Assembly: GCA_963842525.1 (NCBI GenBank)
Contig: CAWJGT010000003.1
Span: forward strand, 1,024,001-1,088,000
Reading direction: 5' to 3'
Source of the DNA: an uncultured Holophagales bacterium
Lineage (GTDB): Bacteria > Acidobacteriota > Thermoanaerobaculia > Multivoradales > UBA5704
Length of the DNA stretch: 64,000 nucleotides
Shown here in pieces: positions 38,880 through 50,253 of the stretch (position 1 is the first letter of the stretch; each line of letters starts with the position of its first letter). Below the pieces are notes generated by a model. That model had not been told where the DNA came from, made no database searches, and saw nothing but the letters and a program-made list of their open reading frames with translations. The position numbers were made by a program, and so were the translations under genes.

Positions 38880-39100
38880 GAAAGCTCCCTGCCCTGACGG
38901 GCAAGGATCTGGTGGCAACTCTCGGGAGAGGCGGATTCGAGGTGATTCGCATCAAGGGCAGCCACCATTTTCTGCGTCATCCCGATGGCCGAGCGACGGT
39001 CGTGCCTGTGCATGCAGGTGAGACGATCGGGCCCGGTCTGCTCGCCCAGATCCTACGGGATTGCGATCTCTCGCGCGAGGAGTTTGCCGCGCTCCTGTGA
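38876..39100 (+). CDS. hicA: HicA family toxin
   Basis: GFEVIRIKGSHH, VPVHAGETIGPGLL; ATGA overlap with hicB. Confidence 0.92.
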   Translation: MRKLPALTGKDLVATLGRGGFEVIRIKGSHHFLRHPDGRATVVPVHAGETIGPGLLAQILRDCDLSREEFAALL

Positions 39101-39272
39101 ATCCCGAATTGGAAACTGAAACTGCGTTGGATTTTCTGTTTAGGTGATGCGAAGCGGCCCTATTCGGAGGTCACCAAAGTCTGCTATATTGATGAGTAGA
39201 GCAGTACAGTGTGCAGCCGGTGGCCCATGATGGGCCTGTAACTTTGGTGTGGAGGAAGCTTATGCGTACCAA

Positions 39273-39689
39273 ATGGCTCGGACCGTCCGTCGCAGCTCTC
39301 GCCGCTTTCAGCATCCTAGTCGGGATTACATTGTTCGTAGTCCTGACCCTCCGAGCCCTCTAGCCCTCACCCACCCCGGCGGCTCGCTTGGCCGCCGGGC
39401 CCTCCGCCGTTGGCAGAACTACTCGACCCCCTCTGATCCGCTACATCGCCGCTGCTCCACGCCCGAGGACCGCGCCCTCCTGATCGACCTCGCTCAGCAT
39501 CCCGAGAAGCGCGAGCCCCCTCTCTCCTGGGGGCTCCAGTTCATCGTGCGCGGCGATGTCATGCTCGAAGACGGATCCGTGGTCACACTCGACGAACTGG
39601 CCGACGAGGCGGGCCTGCCGCGGCTTCCGTACCTGGAAGATATGCCCGACGAGCTCGACGTCGACTGGGAGGCGGAGTCGGAGGGCTGA
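39273..39689 (+). CDS. Hypothetical protein
   Basis: Open frame with acidic C-terminus, preceded by an AT-richer promoter-like region; start uncertain. Confidence 0.45.
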   Translation: MARTVRRSSRRFQHPSRDYIVRSPDPPSPLALTHPGGSLGRRALRRWQNYSTPSDPLHRRCSTPEDRALLIDLAQHPEKREPPLSWGLQFIVRGDVMLEDGSVVTLDELADEAGLPRLPYLEDMPDELDVDWEAESEG

Positions 39690-39704
39690 TCGCCTGTCGG
39701 AAGG

Positions 39705-40200
39705 CTGGTCCAGCGTGGGCTCCGCTTAGCCAGCGTGAGCTTACGCTGGCGCATTGTCTCGGGACGCTGGCCCAGCGTGGGCTCCGCCAAGACAGCGTCA
39801 GCTCGCACTGGCGCATTGTCTCGGGACGCTGGCCCAGCGTGGGTTCCGCAGAGCCAGCGTGAGCTTACGCTGGCACAGCGTCTCGGGACACTGGCTCAGC
39901 GTGGGCTCCGCCAAGCCAGCGTCGGCTCACGCTGGCGCATTGTCTCGGGACACTGGCTCAGTGTGGACTCCGCAGAGCCAGCGTCAGCTCACGCTGGCGC
40001 ATCGTCTCGGGACACTGGCCCAGCGTGGGCTCCGCCAAGCCAGCGTCAGCTCACGCTGGCGCATTGTCTCGGGACGCTGGCTCGGCGTGGGCTCCGCAGA
40101 GCCAGTGTCGGCTTACGCTGACGCAGCGTCTGGAGACACTGGCTCAGCGTGGGCTCCGCCAAGCCAGCGTGGGCTCCGCAGAGCCAGCGTCGGCTCGCTG
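39705..40200. repeat. 62-bp tandem repeat array (7 full units plus a partial)
   Basis: Units start at 39705, 39767, 39829, 39891, 39953, 40015, 40077, 40139; consensus near CTGGCCCAGCGTGGGCTCCGCCAAGCCAGCGTCAGCTCACGCTGGCGCATTGTCTCGGGACA. Confidence 0.92.
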
Positions 40201-40390
40201 GCGGCCCCACTTTCCAGACCCTCTGAGGGGATTCCTCGTACCTGCGCGTTTCACGAAGCGTGCGGTCACATCGAAGATGATTGTCTTTGCTTGTCACGTC
40301 TTGTACGCTTGACGCACTCTTCATCTAAATGGGCCTAAGAAATCGGCAGTGAAAAGACTCTTCTCCCATCCGTTTCGTTCCGGCGTTGCC

Positions 40391-40424
40391 ACTCGTCGCG
40401 GGTTGCCGCGCGAGTTTTTTCTTT
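40391..40424 (+). terminator. Intrinsic terminator just upstream of the TPR gene
   Basis: ACTCG(T)CGCGG-GTTG-CCGCGCGAGT then TTTTTCTTT. Confidence 0.6.
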
Positions 40425-40461
40425 GTTCGTGCCTAGGAGGGCTTAGACCTGGAGGAATGAC

Positions 40462-41718
40462 ATGTTGATTGGGAAATGGAGCGCAGGTACGTTCGGTTTC
40501 GGGCCGCCGGGACTGGTGGCCGGAGCGGCGGCTCTCCTGCTCGTCTGCGCCGGCGCGGCCCTGGCCCAGGACCCGCAGGACCCCTTCTCCACGCCCGACG
40601 CGGTCTCCGGCACCGACACCTCGAACACACGAGGAGCCCAGGGCCAGCCGCAACCCCGGCCGGACCGGCAGACCCGGCAGGCCATCCGGGATTCCACGGA
40701 GACGCGCTATCGCGAGATCCTCTCTGCCTGGGCCTCGGGCAACACGGAGCAGGCCGCGGCCGACCTGATCGCGCTGGAGACGTCGGTCGTCTCCGACCAG
40801 GATGCGGACTCCCGCAAGCGCCTGCTCAAGGCCGAGCAGTCCGTCATCCACGAGGTGGGCGCCAGCGATCTGGAGACCCTGGTCCCCATCGCCATGCTCC
40901 ACCATGAGGTCTATGAACGCTACCTCGCGATGGGTGCCAAGGGGCGGTCGCTGGTCCTCGGCCACTCCCGCAACATGGCGCGCGACCTGGCGCTGCTCTA
41001 TCACGAGCAGTCGGGCACCGAGGGGGCCGCTCTGGTCTCCAGCCGTGTCCTGACCAGCCTCGGCGGCCTGCTGCAGAAGCATGCCCAGCAGCTCCCGGCC
41101 GCGGAGCTGTTCTTCAAGGCGCTCGAGATGGACCCGCGCAACACCGCGGCCTACATCGGGATCGCCACGATCTACGAGAAGAATTCGCAGTTCGAGAGCG
41201 CGGTCAATTCGCTGCGCAAGCTCCTCGAGGTCGATCCCGGCCATGGGGAGGCCAGCCTGCGCCTGGCGGTCAATCTGCAGCGGCTCGGCAAGACCGGTGA
41301 GGCCCGCAAGGCGCTCGAGGAGCTGACGCAGGCCCAGTTGGCGACCTGGGTCACGCCGCTCGCCTATCAGGAGCTGGCGCGGCTCTTCACGGAGCAGAAT
41401 TCTCCGGCCGCGACCGAGTCGACCCTGCGGGCCGCCATCGAGCGGTTCCCCGAGGACGCCCGGTTCTACCTTCAGCTCGCCGCGGTGCTCGACCGCAAAG
41501 GGGAGATCCGGCGCGCCCAGGAGGTGATGGAGAAGGTCGGGAGCCTGCCGCCGGCGACCGAGAAGTCCGGCCGCTTCCTCTACAACACAGTCCGCGACGA
41601 GACGTTCGTCGAGGCGCGCAAGTTCCTCGACGACAACGCCCGCTCGCGCCGGTCCCTGCTCGCCCAGGCGCTCGGCGTGCCGACGCGCGGGTCTCTGGCC
41701 CTGGGGGTGGGACAGTGA
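40462..41718 (+). CDS. Exported TPR protein
   Basis: Signal-like hydrophobic segment; TPR motifs ALEMDPRNTAAY, LLEVDPGHGEA. Confidence 0.82.
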   Translation: MLIGKWSAGTFGFGPPGLVAGAAALLLVCAGAALAQDPQDPFSTPDAVSGTDTSNTRGAQGQPQPRPDRQTRQAIRDSTETRYREILSAWASGNTEQAAADLIALETSVVSDQDADSRKRLLKAEQSVIHEVGASDLETLVPIAMLHHEVYERYLAMGAKGRSLVLGHSRNMARDLALLYHEQSGTEGAALVSSRVLTSLGGLLQKHAQQLPAAELFFKALEMDPRNTAAYIGIATIYEKNSQFESAVNSLRKLLEVDPGHGEASLRLAVNLQRLGKTGEARKALEELTQAQLATWVTPLAYQELARLFTEQNSPAATESTLRAAIERFPEDARFYLQLAAVLDRKGEIRRAQEVMEKVGSLPPATEKSGRFLYNTVRDETFVEARKFLDDNARSRRSLLAQALGVPTRGSLALGVGQ

Positions 41719-42911
41719 GGCGCCTGCGGTGGAGTGGGAGGGGAGCAGTGCTGGCGCTGGCCTTGGTGCTCTGCGCGTTGAGCGCCGCGGCACCGGCCGA
41801 GGCGGGCGTCCAGGCCCGGATCGACAGCCCGCTGCCCGATCAGGCGATCTTCGGGCGGACGCAGGTCAAGGTATCCATCGTCGCCGGAGACCCGGTCGCC
41901 AAGATCGAGGTCTTCGTCAACGGCAAGCTGGTCGGCACGATGACCCAGCCGCCGTACGAGCTGACGTTCGATGCCGGCGGAGAGAACATCAAGCGCGAGT
42001 TCAAGGTGGTGGTCCATTCCACCCTGGGCGAGTCGGTGTCGGGCTCGGTCTTCACCCAGCCGGTGCAGATCGACGACGAGATGGAGCTGCGCCTGCAGCA
42101 GCTCTTCGTGACGGTGTCGCGCGGCAGCGAACGCGCGCTCGACCTCGACGAAGGGGACTTCCGGATCCTCGACAACGGCAAGGCACAGAAGATCGTCACC
42201 TTCGGCAAGGGCGAGCTGCCGCTGACCGCGGTCCTGCTCATGGACACCAGCGAGAGCATGAAAGGCGAGCGCCTGGAGGCGGCCCGCCGCGGGGTCGACG
42301 CCTTTCTCAAAGGCATGAAGCCGCTCGACGAGGCCATGCTGGTGCTGTTCTCCGACCGGCTGCTGCGGTCCACGCCGTTCGAGCAGGAACAGAAGGACCA
42401 GCTCGGCCGCGTCGTCACCGAGACCGAGGCCGCCGGGGGCACCGCGGTCAACGACTTCCTCTACATGTCGCTCAAGATGCTGGAGCCGCGGCTCGGCCGG
42501 CGGGTGGTGATCCTCCTTTCGGACGGCTCGGACGTGCACAGCGTGCTGCCGATGTCCGACGTGCTCTGGAAGGCGCGCACCAGCCAGGCGATGATCTATT
42601 GGATCCAGCTCGAAGGCGGCGCGAAGCACAAGTCGTACGCCTCGGCCTGGCGCGACGCCAAGGCCAACGACGAGGAGTATGCGGGCCTGGAGAAGGCGGT
42701 GCTGGAGAGCGGCGGGCGCATCCTGCCCATCGAAACGCCTGCCGGGATCGAAGGGGCCTTCCGCAACGTCCTCAAGGAGCTGCGCGAGCAGTACGTGATC
42801 GGCTACTACCCGATCGACGTCCGCAAGGACGGCCGCTGGCACGAGGTCAAGGTCGACGTCGGGCGCTTCGGCGTCCAGGTCCGCACCCGCGACGGGTATC
42901 TGGATTTCTGA
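41715..42911 (+). CDS. Ig-like + VWA domain protein (acidobacterial VWFA-related)
   Basis: MIDAS DTSES, GGTAVND, LSDG, ELREQYVIGYYP, RTRDGY. Confidence 0.88.
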   Translation: MRRLRWSGRGAVLALALVLCALSAAAPAEAGVQARIDSPLPDQAIFGRTQVKVSIVAGDPVAKIEVFVNGKLVGTMTQPPYELTFDAGGENIKREFKVVVHSTLGESVSGSVFTQPVQIDDEMELRLQQLFVTVSRGSERALDLDEGDFRILDNGKAQKIVTFGKGELPLTAVLLMDTSESMKGERLEAARRGVDAFLKGMKPLDEAMLVLFSDRLLRSTPFEQEQKDQLGRVVTETEAAGGTAVNDFLYMSLKMLEPRLGRRVVILLSDGSDVHSVLPMSDVLWKARTSQAMIYWIQLEGGAKHKSYASAWRDAKANDEEYAGLEKAVLESGGRILPIETPAGIEGAFRNVLKELREQYVIGYYPIDVRKDGRWHEVKVDVGRFGVQVRTRDGYLDF

Positions 42912-42926
42912 TCCCAGGAATACGCA

Positions 42927-42950
42927 GGAGACGCCCTCCGGGGCGTCTCC
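42927..42950. repeat. REP-like palindrome GGAGACGCCCTCCGGGGCGTCTCC
   Basis: Same family as the internal palindromes of the 4325-4558 element. Confidence 0.6.
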
Positions 42951-43124
42951 GTTCTCCATCCCCTCTCACCGGTCGCACTGCAAGAGATCCAGGCGCCCCC
43001 GGATCCTCTTCACGCCTTCGGCAAAAATCTCCTCGGGCACTGCGTAGGTGAGCCGGAAATAGCCCCGCATGCCGCAGTCGGTGCCGTTGACCACCGACAC
43101 CCCGAGGGGAAGCCCGGCCATTTC

Positions 43125-43395
43125 CAGCGACGAGGTTCGGATGGGCCTTCAGGACTTCCACCAGGTCCGCCAACTCGTCGCGGCTGTAGACGGCGCCCGT
43201 GGGGTTGTTCGGGTTCGTGAAGATCAACAGGCGGCTGCGCGACGTGATGGCCTCGTGGAGGAGCTTCGGCGTGAGCTTGAAGTTGTTCCCGGGAAAGGTG
43301 GGGATGTCCCTGGGCACCGCCCCGTTGAGCCGTACGATGGACGGGAACTGGAACCAGTACGGGGTCGGCAGGAGCACTTCCTCGCCGGGCGCGGC
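43125..43395 (-). pseudogene. Internal fragment of a class I/II PLP aminotransferase
   Basis: PGEEVLLPTPYW...TNPNNPTGAVYS; both ends and the PLP Lys are missing. Confidence 0.75.
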
Positions 43396-43492
43396 CAGCC
43401 TCGGTTTCTCATCGACCTTCCTCCTTTCCCCTACGCCCACAGGGGTTTTCGGTTGGACGAAACAGGCTTTCCGGCGATCGAAAGCCTTACAG

Positions 43493-45709
43493 TCAGGCAG
43501 GGTAGCTCAGCAGGAAAGCACGGTCAAGCCGCGGCGCCAGCACCAGCCCGGCCTCCTCGAGCACGGCGATTTCCGCGCCGGTGAAAGACGTGAGGCGCTT
43601 GTACAACGCGGCGAGCTCGCGTTCGACGACGGCGGGGTCGGCGCTCTCCAGCGAGCGGAGGAGGGACAACGCCGCCTCTTCGGCAGGGGAGGGCTCGAAG
43701 GGCTGCGGTTTTTCCCATCTTGCGGAGGCGACGGCCAGATACTTTCTGTGGAAGGCTTCGGGCGACGGCCGGTGGAAGTGGAGGATGGAGGGCCCGGCCA
43801 CGAGCTCCTCTCCCTGGGAGGCTTCCAGGTGCCACCCGTGCACCCCTGCGGCGGCCAAGCCGTGCGCCACGGCCACCGCCGACTTGCCGTTGTGGTATCC
43901 GATGAACCAGGGCCGCGGATCGGTCTGGCCCATCCGGAGGGCGGCGACGAGGGCCTGCCAGCCGGACGGTCCATGCCGGGTCACGGCGAGGCGGGGATTG
44001 ACCTTGAAGCGGGGTGGCGCGCCGGGCTGCCAGGGCAGGAGCAGCTCGTGGTTGATGTAGCGGACGAGGGAGAGGCCGGCCGCCGAAGCGGCGGCGAAGT
44101 GGTCGAGGAGAGTGGCGCCACCCCGGGCGTCGCCTTCGAGCCAGAACCATTCGTCGGCGTCGAGATGGAGGAGCCAGGTGAGAGGCGCACCGCCCAGCTC
44201 TCCGGTCCTGGCGGCTGCGAGCGCCGCGCTGGCGTTCAAGGCTTGGCGCGAGGCGTGGGCGAAGGAAGCTGCGCCGGCCTCGGCCCATTCAAGGAGCTGG
44301 TCGCGCTCCGGGAACGGCGGAAGCTCGGGCCAGCGCGCGGCTTGGGCCTCGGCGCCGGACCACAGGGTCAGCCGCTCCTCGGAATAACGGGCCCGCAACC
44401 GCGTCGCGTCGGCCGCCTCGGCCGGCTCGTCCAGGTGATCGAAGACGAGCACGGCATGGTCGAAGCCCAGGCCGAAGTGGTGCTCACACCACGCGTCCAG
44501 CCCTGCGCCGCCGCGGTAGACAGTAGTCACGAGGCCGACCCGCGGGCGGGCTGCGCTCTTGCGCCGAGCCATGATTTTTCCGTCCGAGCCGCTCAGCTCG
44601 TGGACTAGGAGGACGTCAGGAGGGAGGGGCGGATTGGGGATCGCCTGAAGCGCATCCGTCACCGTCAGCGCGGGGATCGAGGTGTCCTCGCGAGGCCGGC
44701 CATCCTGGAGCCACAGCACCAGAGACCAGCGGGGTGGGCCCGGCTGCAAAGGCTTCACCTGGTGGGGCACGGCTCGGGCGTCGAAGAGGACTGCCGAGCC
44801 GCCCCGCGGCGGCAGCACAATGTCCGGCGGGTTCGTGATGCGGACGCCCGGCGGCCAGAGAGCAATCTCGCCGCCCACGCACTCGCTGCCGGGAGGATTG
44901 AGGTAGAGGATGAAGGCGAAGGCCCGCCCGTTGTCCACGGGACCGCCCGGGTTGTCGAGGTGAGGCCGGTAGCCTACGGACGGCGCCGGATAGCGGGCCA
45001 ACATGGCCGTGGCAGGCGCCTGGAGGACGCGGTCCGGGATCGATTCCGCAAGGTGCGTGGCAAACCGGCCGAGCAGCCATTGGAGAAGGACGGCCAGCCG
45101 CGCCGCCGCCGCGAGGAGAGCCGGCTCGAGGCCCGAGAGGTAGGCGACCTCGTCCGACCGTTGCGGCGCCCGCTGGCCGTCCGCGCCGATGCCTCCATAC
45201 TCCAGCCCCAGCCGCCCTCCGGCATGGGCCTCCTCGATCTCCTGGGCGATCTCGACCAGGGCCTCTGGGGCGACGAGCTGTGGGTAGACGTGCCAGGGGG
45301 ACGAGGCTTCGGCCGCGGAAGGCTTCAGAGTTTCGTCGAGCCCAGCCCACAGCTCCTCGGCAGGCGTTGGAGGCGGGAGCGGCGACCACCACAGAGGCTG
45401 GTCCGGATGCCAGGCGCCCGCCTCACGAAGCTCCGTTTCGAGCCGCGCGAGACGCTGCCTCAGCTCGACGGGTGTGCTCCAGGCCAAGGCGCCGATCTCG
45501 GCCATCCGCTGCGCTAAGCCGAGCAGGGCCGCCGGGCTTGGAGCGGTTGCCACGCCTGCTGGCCCCTGCCGGACCAGGAGAGCCAGCTCATAGGCGAAGG
45601 CGAGGTGCAGATCGTCCGGGCCGGCCTGCCGGAGCATTTCGTCCGGAGCGTCCGGCGCGGCCATGGAGCGCTCCAGGAAGGGGAGGAGGTGGGATGGATT
45701 CTGCGGCAT
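43493..45709 (-). CDS. EGLN/PHD-like 2OG-Fe(II) dioxygenase fused to a GT-A glycosyltransferase
   Basis: GYRPHLDNP..ILYLN..PHQVKP..RWSLVLW; C-terminal WLLHLDADE, GYHNGKSAV, ILHF. Confidence 0.8.
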   Translation of the reverse strand: MPQNPSHLLPFLERSMAAPDAPDEMLRQAGPDDLHLAFAYELALLVRQGPAGVATAPSPAALLGLAQRMAEIGALAWSTPVELRQRLARLETELREAGAWHPDQPLWWSPLPPPTPAEELWAGLDETLKPSAAEASSPWHVYPQLVAPEALVEIAQEIEEAHAGGRLGLEYGGIGADGQRAPQRSDEVAYLSGLEPALLAAAARLAVLLQWLLGRFATHLAESIPDRVLQAPATAMLARYPAPSVGYRPHLDNPGGPVDNGRAFAFILYLNPPGSECVGGEIALWPPGVRITNPPDIVLPPRGGSAVLFDARAVPHQVKPLQPGPPRWSLVLWLQDGRPREDTSIPALTVTDALQAIPNPPLPPDVLLVHELSGSDGKIMARRKSAARPRVGLVTTVYRGGAGLDAWCEHHFGLGFDHAVLVFDHLDEPAEAADATRLRARYSEERLTLWSGAEAQAARWPELPPFPERDQLLEWAEAGAASFAHASRQALNASAALAAARTGELGGAPLTWLLHLDADEWFWLEGDARGGATLLDHFAAASAAGLSLVRYINHELLLPWQPGAPPRFKVNPRLAVTRHGPSGWQALVAALRMGQTDPRPWFIGYHNGKSAVAVAHGLAAAGVHGWHLEASQGEELVAGPSILHFHRPSPEAFHRKYLAVASARWEKPQPFEPSPAEEAALSLLRSLESADPAVVERELAALYKRLTSFTGAEIAVLEEAGLVLAPRLDRAFLLSYPA

Positions 45710-45862
45710 CTCTCTTCCTAACGACAGGCGGCGATGGGGGCGGATTGTAGCCGAAGCACGGGTGAGGGGCGCCCGCGAGATCGCGAGTCTTCCTGAGAAC
45801 GTTCGCCGCCACCCGGGAAAAAATCGTCACCAACCGCGACGCCCTGTGATACGCTCTCCTTG

Positions 45863-46318
45863 ATGCACAAGCAGGCTGACATCGCTGTCTACAGCCGGGA
45901 CCGGAGCCTTCAGCTCGTCATCGAGGTGAGGAATGGCTACGGCGACAGCCCGGAATGGGCCCGCGAGGTGCGGCAGATGCTTCTGTCGAACGAAGCGGTT
46001 CCGTCGAGCCCCTATTTCCTCATGGCCCTGACAAACCAGCTCTATCTCTGGACGCCCACGACGCGAAACGACTACGGCGCTCTCCCCGAGCACGCGATCG
46101 ACACCTTGGCGGCTCTGGCAGCCTACATCGGCTGGCTCGAACGACCTCTTGAAACCCTGGGCAAAGAGGCGTTCGAGTCCGTGATCGCCTCCTGGATCCA
46201 GGATCTCATGTATGCCGATCCGAGCCGGCGGGCCGATCCAAGCTTGAGCTGGTTTTTCGATTCCGGCCTGTACTCTGCGATCCAGCGCGGCGGATTGGAG
46301 GTCGAGCTCGTGGTATGA
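45863..46318 (+). CDS. Hypothetical PD-(D/E)XK-fold-like protein
   Basis: ADIAVYSRD..LVIEVR; overlaps the PIN gene start. Confidence 0.6.
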   Translation: MHKQADIAVYSRDRSLQLVIEVRNGYGDSPEWAREVRQMLLSNEAVPSSPYFLMALTNQLYLWTPTTRNDYGALPEHAIDTLAALAAYIGWLERPLETLGKEAFESVIASWIQDLMYADPSRRADPSLSWFFDSGLYSAIQRGGLEVELVV

Positions 46319-46920
46319 GGGTCTATGTCGAGACGAATTTCGTCCTCGAGATGGCTCTCCTTCGCTCCGACTCCAATTCGTGCGGAGGACTGGTCCGGTT
46401 GGCCGAGAGCCGCAGAATCGCGCTGGTGTTCCCCGCCTTCAGCATCGGAGAGAGCTACGAGGCGCTGAGTCGCAGGACCGGACAGAGGCGCCAATTGGGG
46501 CGGATGCTCAGATCCGAAGTCTTGGAGCTGTCTCGATCTCAACCCTATTCGTCTGCACCCCAGGAATTTGCGGCGCCTCTGGCTTGGTTGCACCGCTGCG
46601 GCAACGAAGAGAGAGTCCGGCTGGAGGATACCCTGGCCAGCTTCCTCGAGGTCGTGCAGGTCATCCCGATCGGGCCCCACACGGTCCGAGCCGCAGCCAT
46701 GTTCCAAATGAGTCGTAAGCTGTCCTCCCAGGATTCCATGGTCTATGCGTCGGTCCTGGATCACCTTGCGAACAGCCCGGAGGAGGAGGGCCATTGCTTC
46801 GTCACCCAGGACTCCAAAGGCTTCTTCAACCCCATGGTCCAGTCGGATCTGGCTTCTCTGGGTTGCAGACTCTTCACGCGCTTCCGCGATACTCTGGGCT
46901 ACGCTCACAGCCGTCTCTGA
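46315..46920 (+). CDS. PIN-domain protein
   Basis: VYVETNFVLE, QDSMVYAS, FVTQDSKGF acidic PIN motifs. Confidence 0.8.
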   Translation: MRVYVETNFVLEMALLRSDSNSCGGLVRLAESRRIALVFPAFSIGESYEALSRRTGQRRQLGRMLRSEVLELSRSQPYSSAPQEFAAPLAWLHRCGNEERVRLEDTLASFLEVVQVIPIGPHTVRAAAMFQMSRKLSSQDSMVYASVLDHLANSPEEEGHCFVTQDSKGFFNPMVQSDLASLGCRLFTRFRDTLGYAHSRL

Positions 46921-46959
46921 CCGCGTGCCGTCTACCCTCTGCTAGGATTCCCGGTCCTT

Positions 46960-49830
<2,871 letters not shown>

Positions 49831-49845
49831 GAGAGGTCAGGGAGG

Positions 49846-50058
49846 ATGACGATGAGAGTTGAGTACTTCGAGGACACCGACACGCTTCAGATCACTTTCA
49901 ACGAAGGAAAGGTGGCCGATAGCCGCGACCTCGACGAGAACACCCTCATCGAGGTCGATGCGGAAGGTCAGTTGGTGACGATCACCATCGGGCACGCCCA
50001 GGAGCGCACCGACCTGGAAAGCTTCCTCTTCCAGAAGCACCGCAGCGTCGCTGCTTGA
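49846..50058 (+). CDS. DUF2283-like small protein
   Basis: YFEDTDTLQITF..DAEGQLVTITI; GGAGG RBS. Confidence 0.75.
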   Translation: MTMRVEYFEDTDTLQITFNEGKVADSRDLDENTLIEVDAEGQLVTITIGHAQERTDLESFLFQKHRSVAA

Positions 50059-50253
50059 TGGTATCAAGGAGCTCGGCCCGACTCACGCCACAAGCTCCGC
50101 AACGCGACCTTGAGAGCCGCGATCCTCGGCATGCCAGATGACCGCCGCTGCCAAGCGCATCCTGGCGCCTCAGGGCAGCCCATTGCCAGCTCATTGCCTT
50201 CGAGATATAATTCAAAACATACAAGCGCGATATTCGCCAGACCGGGAGGAAAG

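Noticed and set aside
39705-40200. CRISPR array
   Set aside because: No unique spacers, the whole unit repeats, and there are no cas genes in the window
49846-50058. Complete TA system at the DUF2283-like gene
   Set aside because: No adjacent toxin gene is visible; it is an orphan
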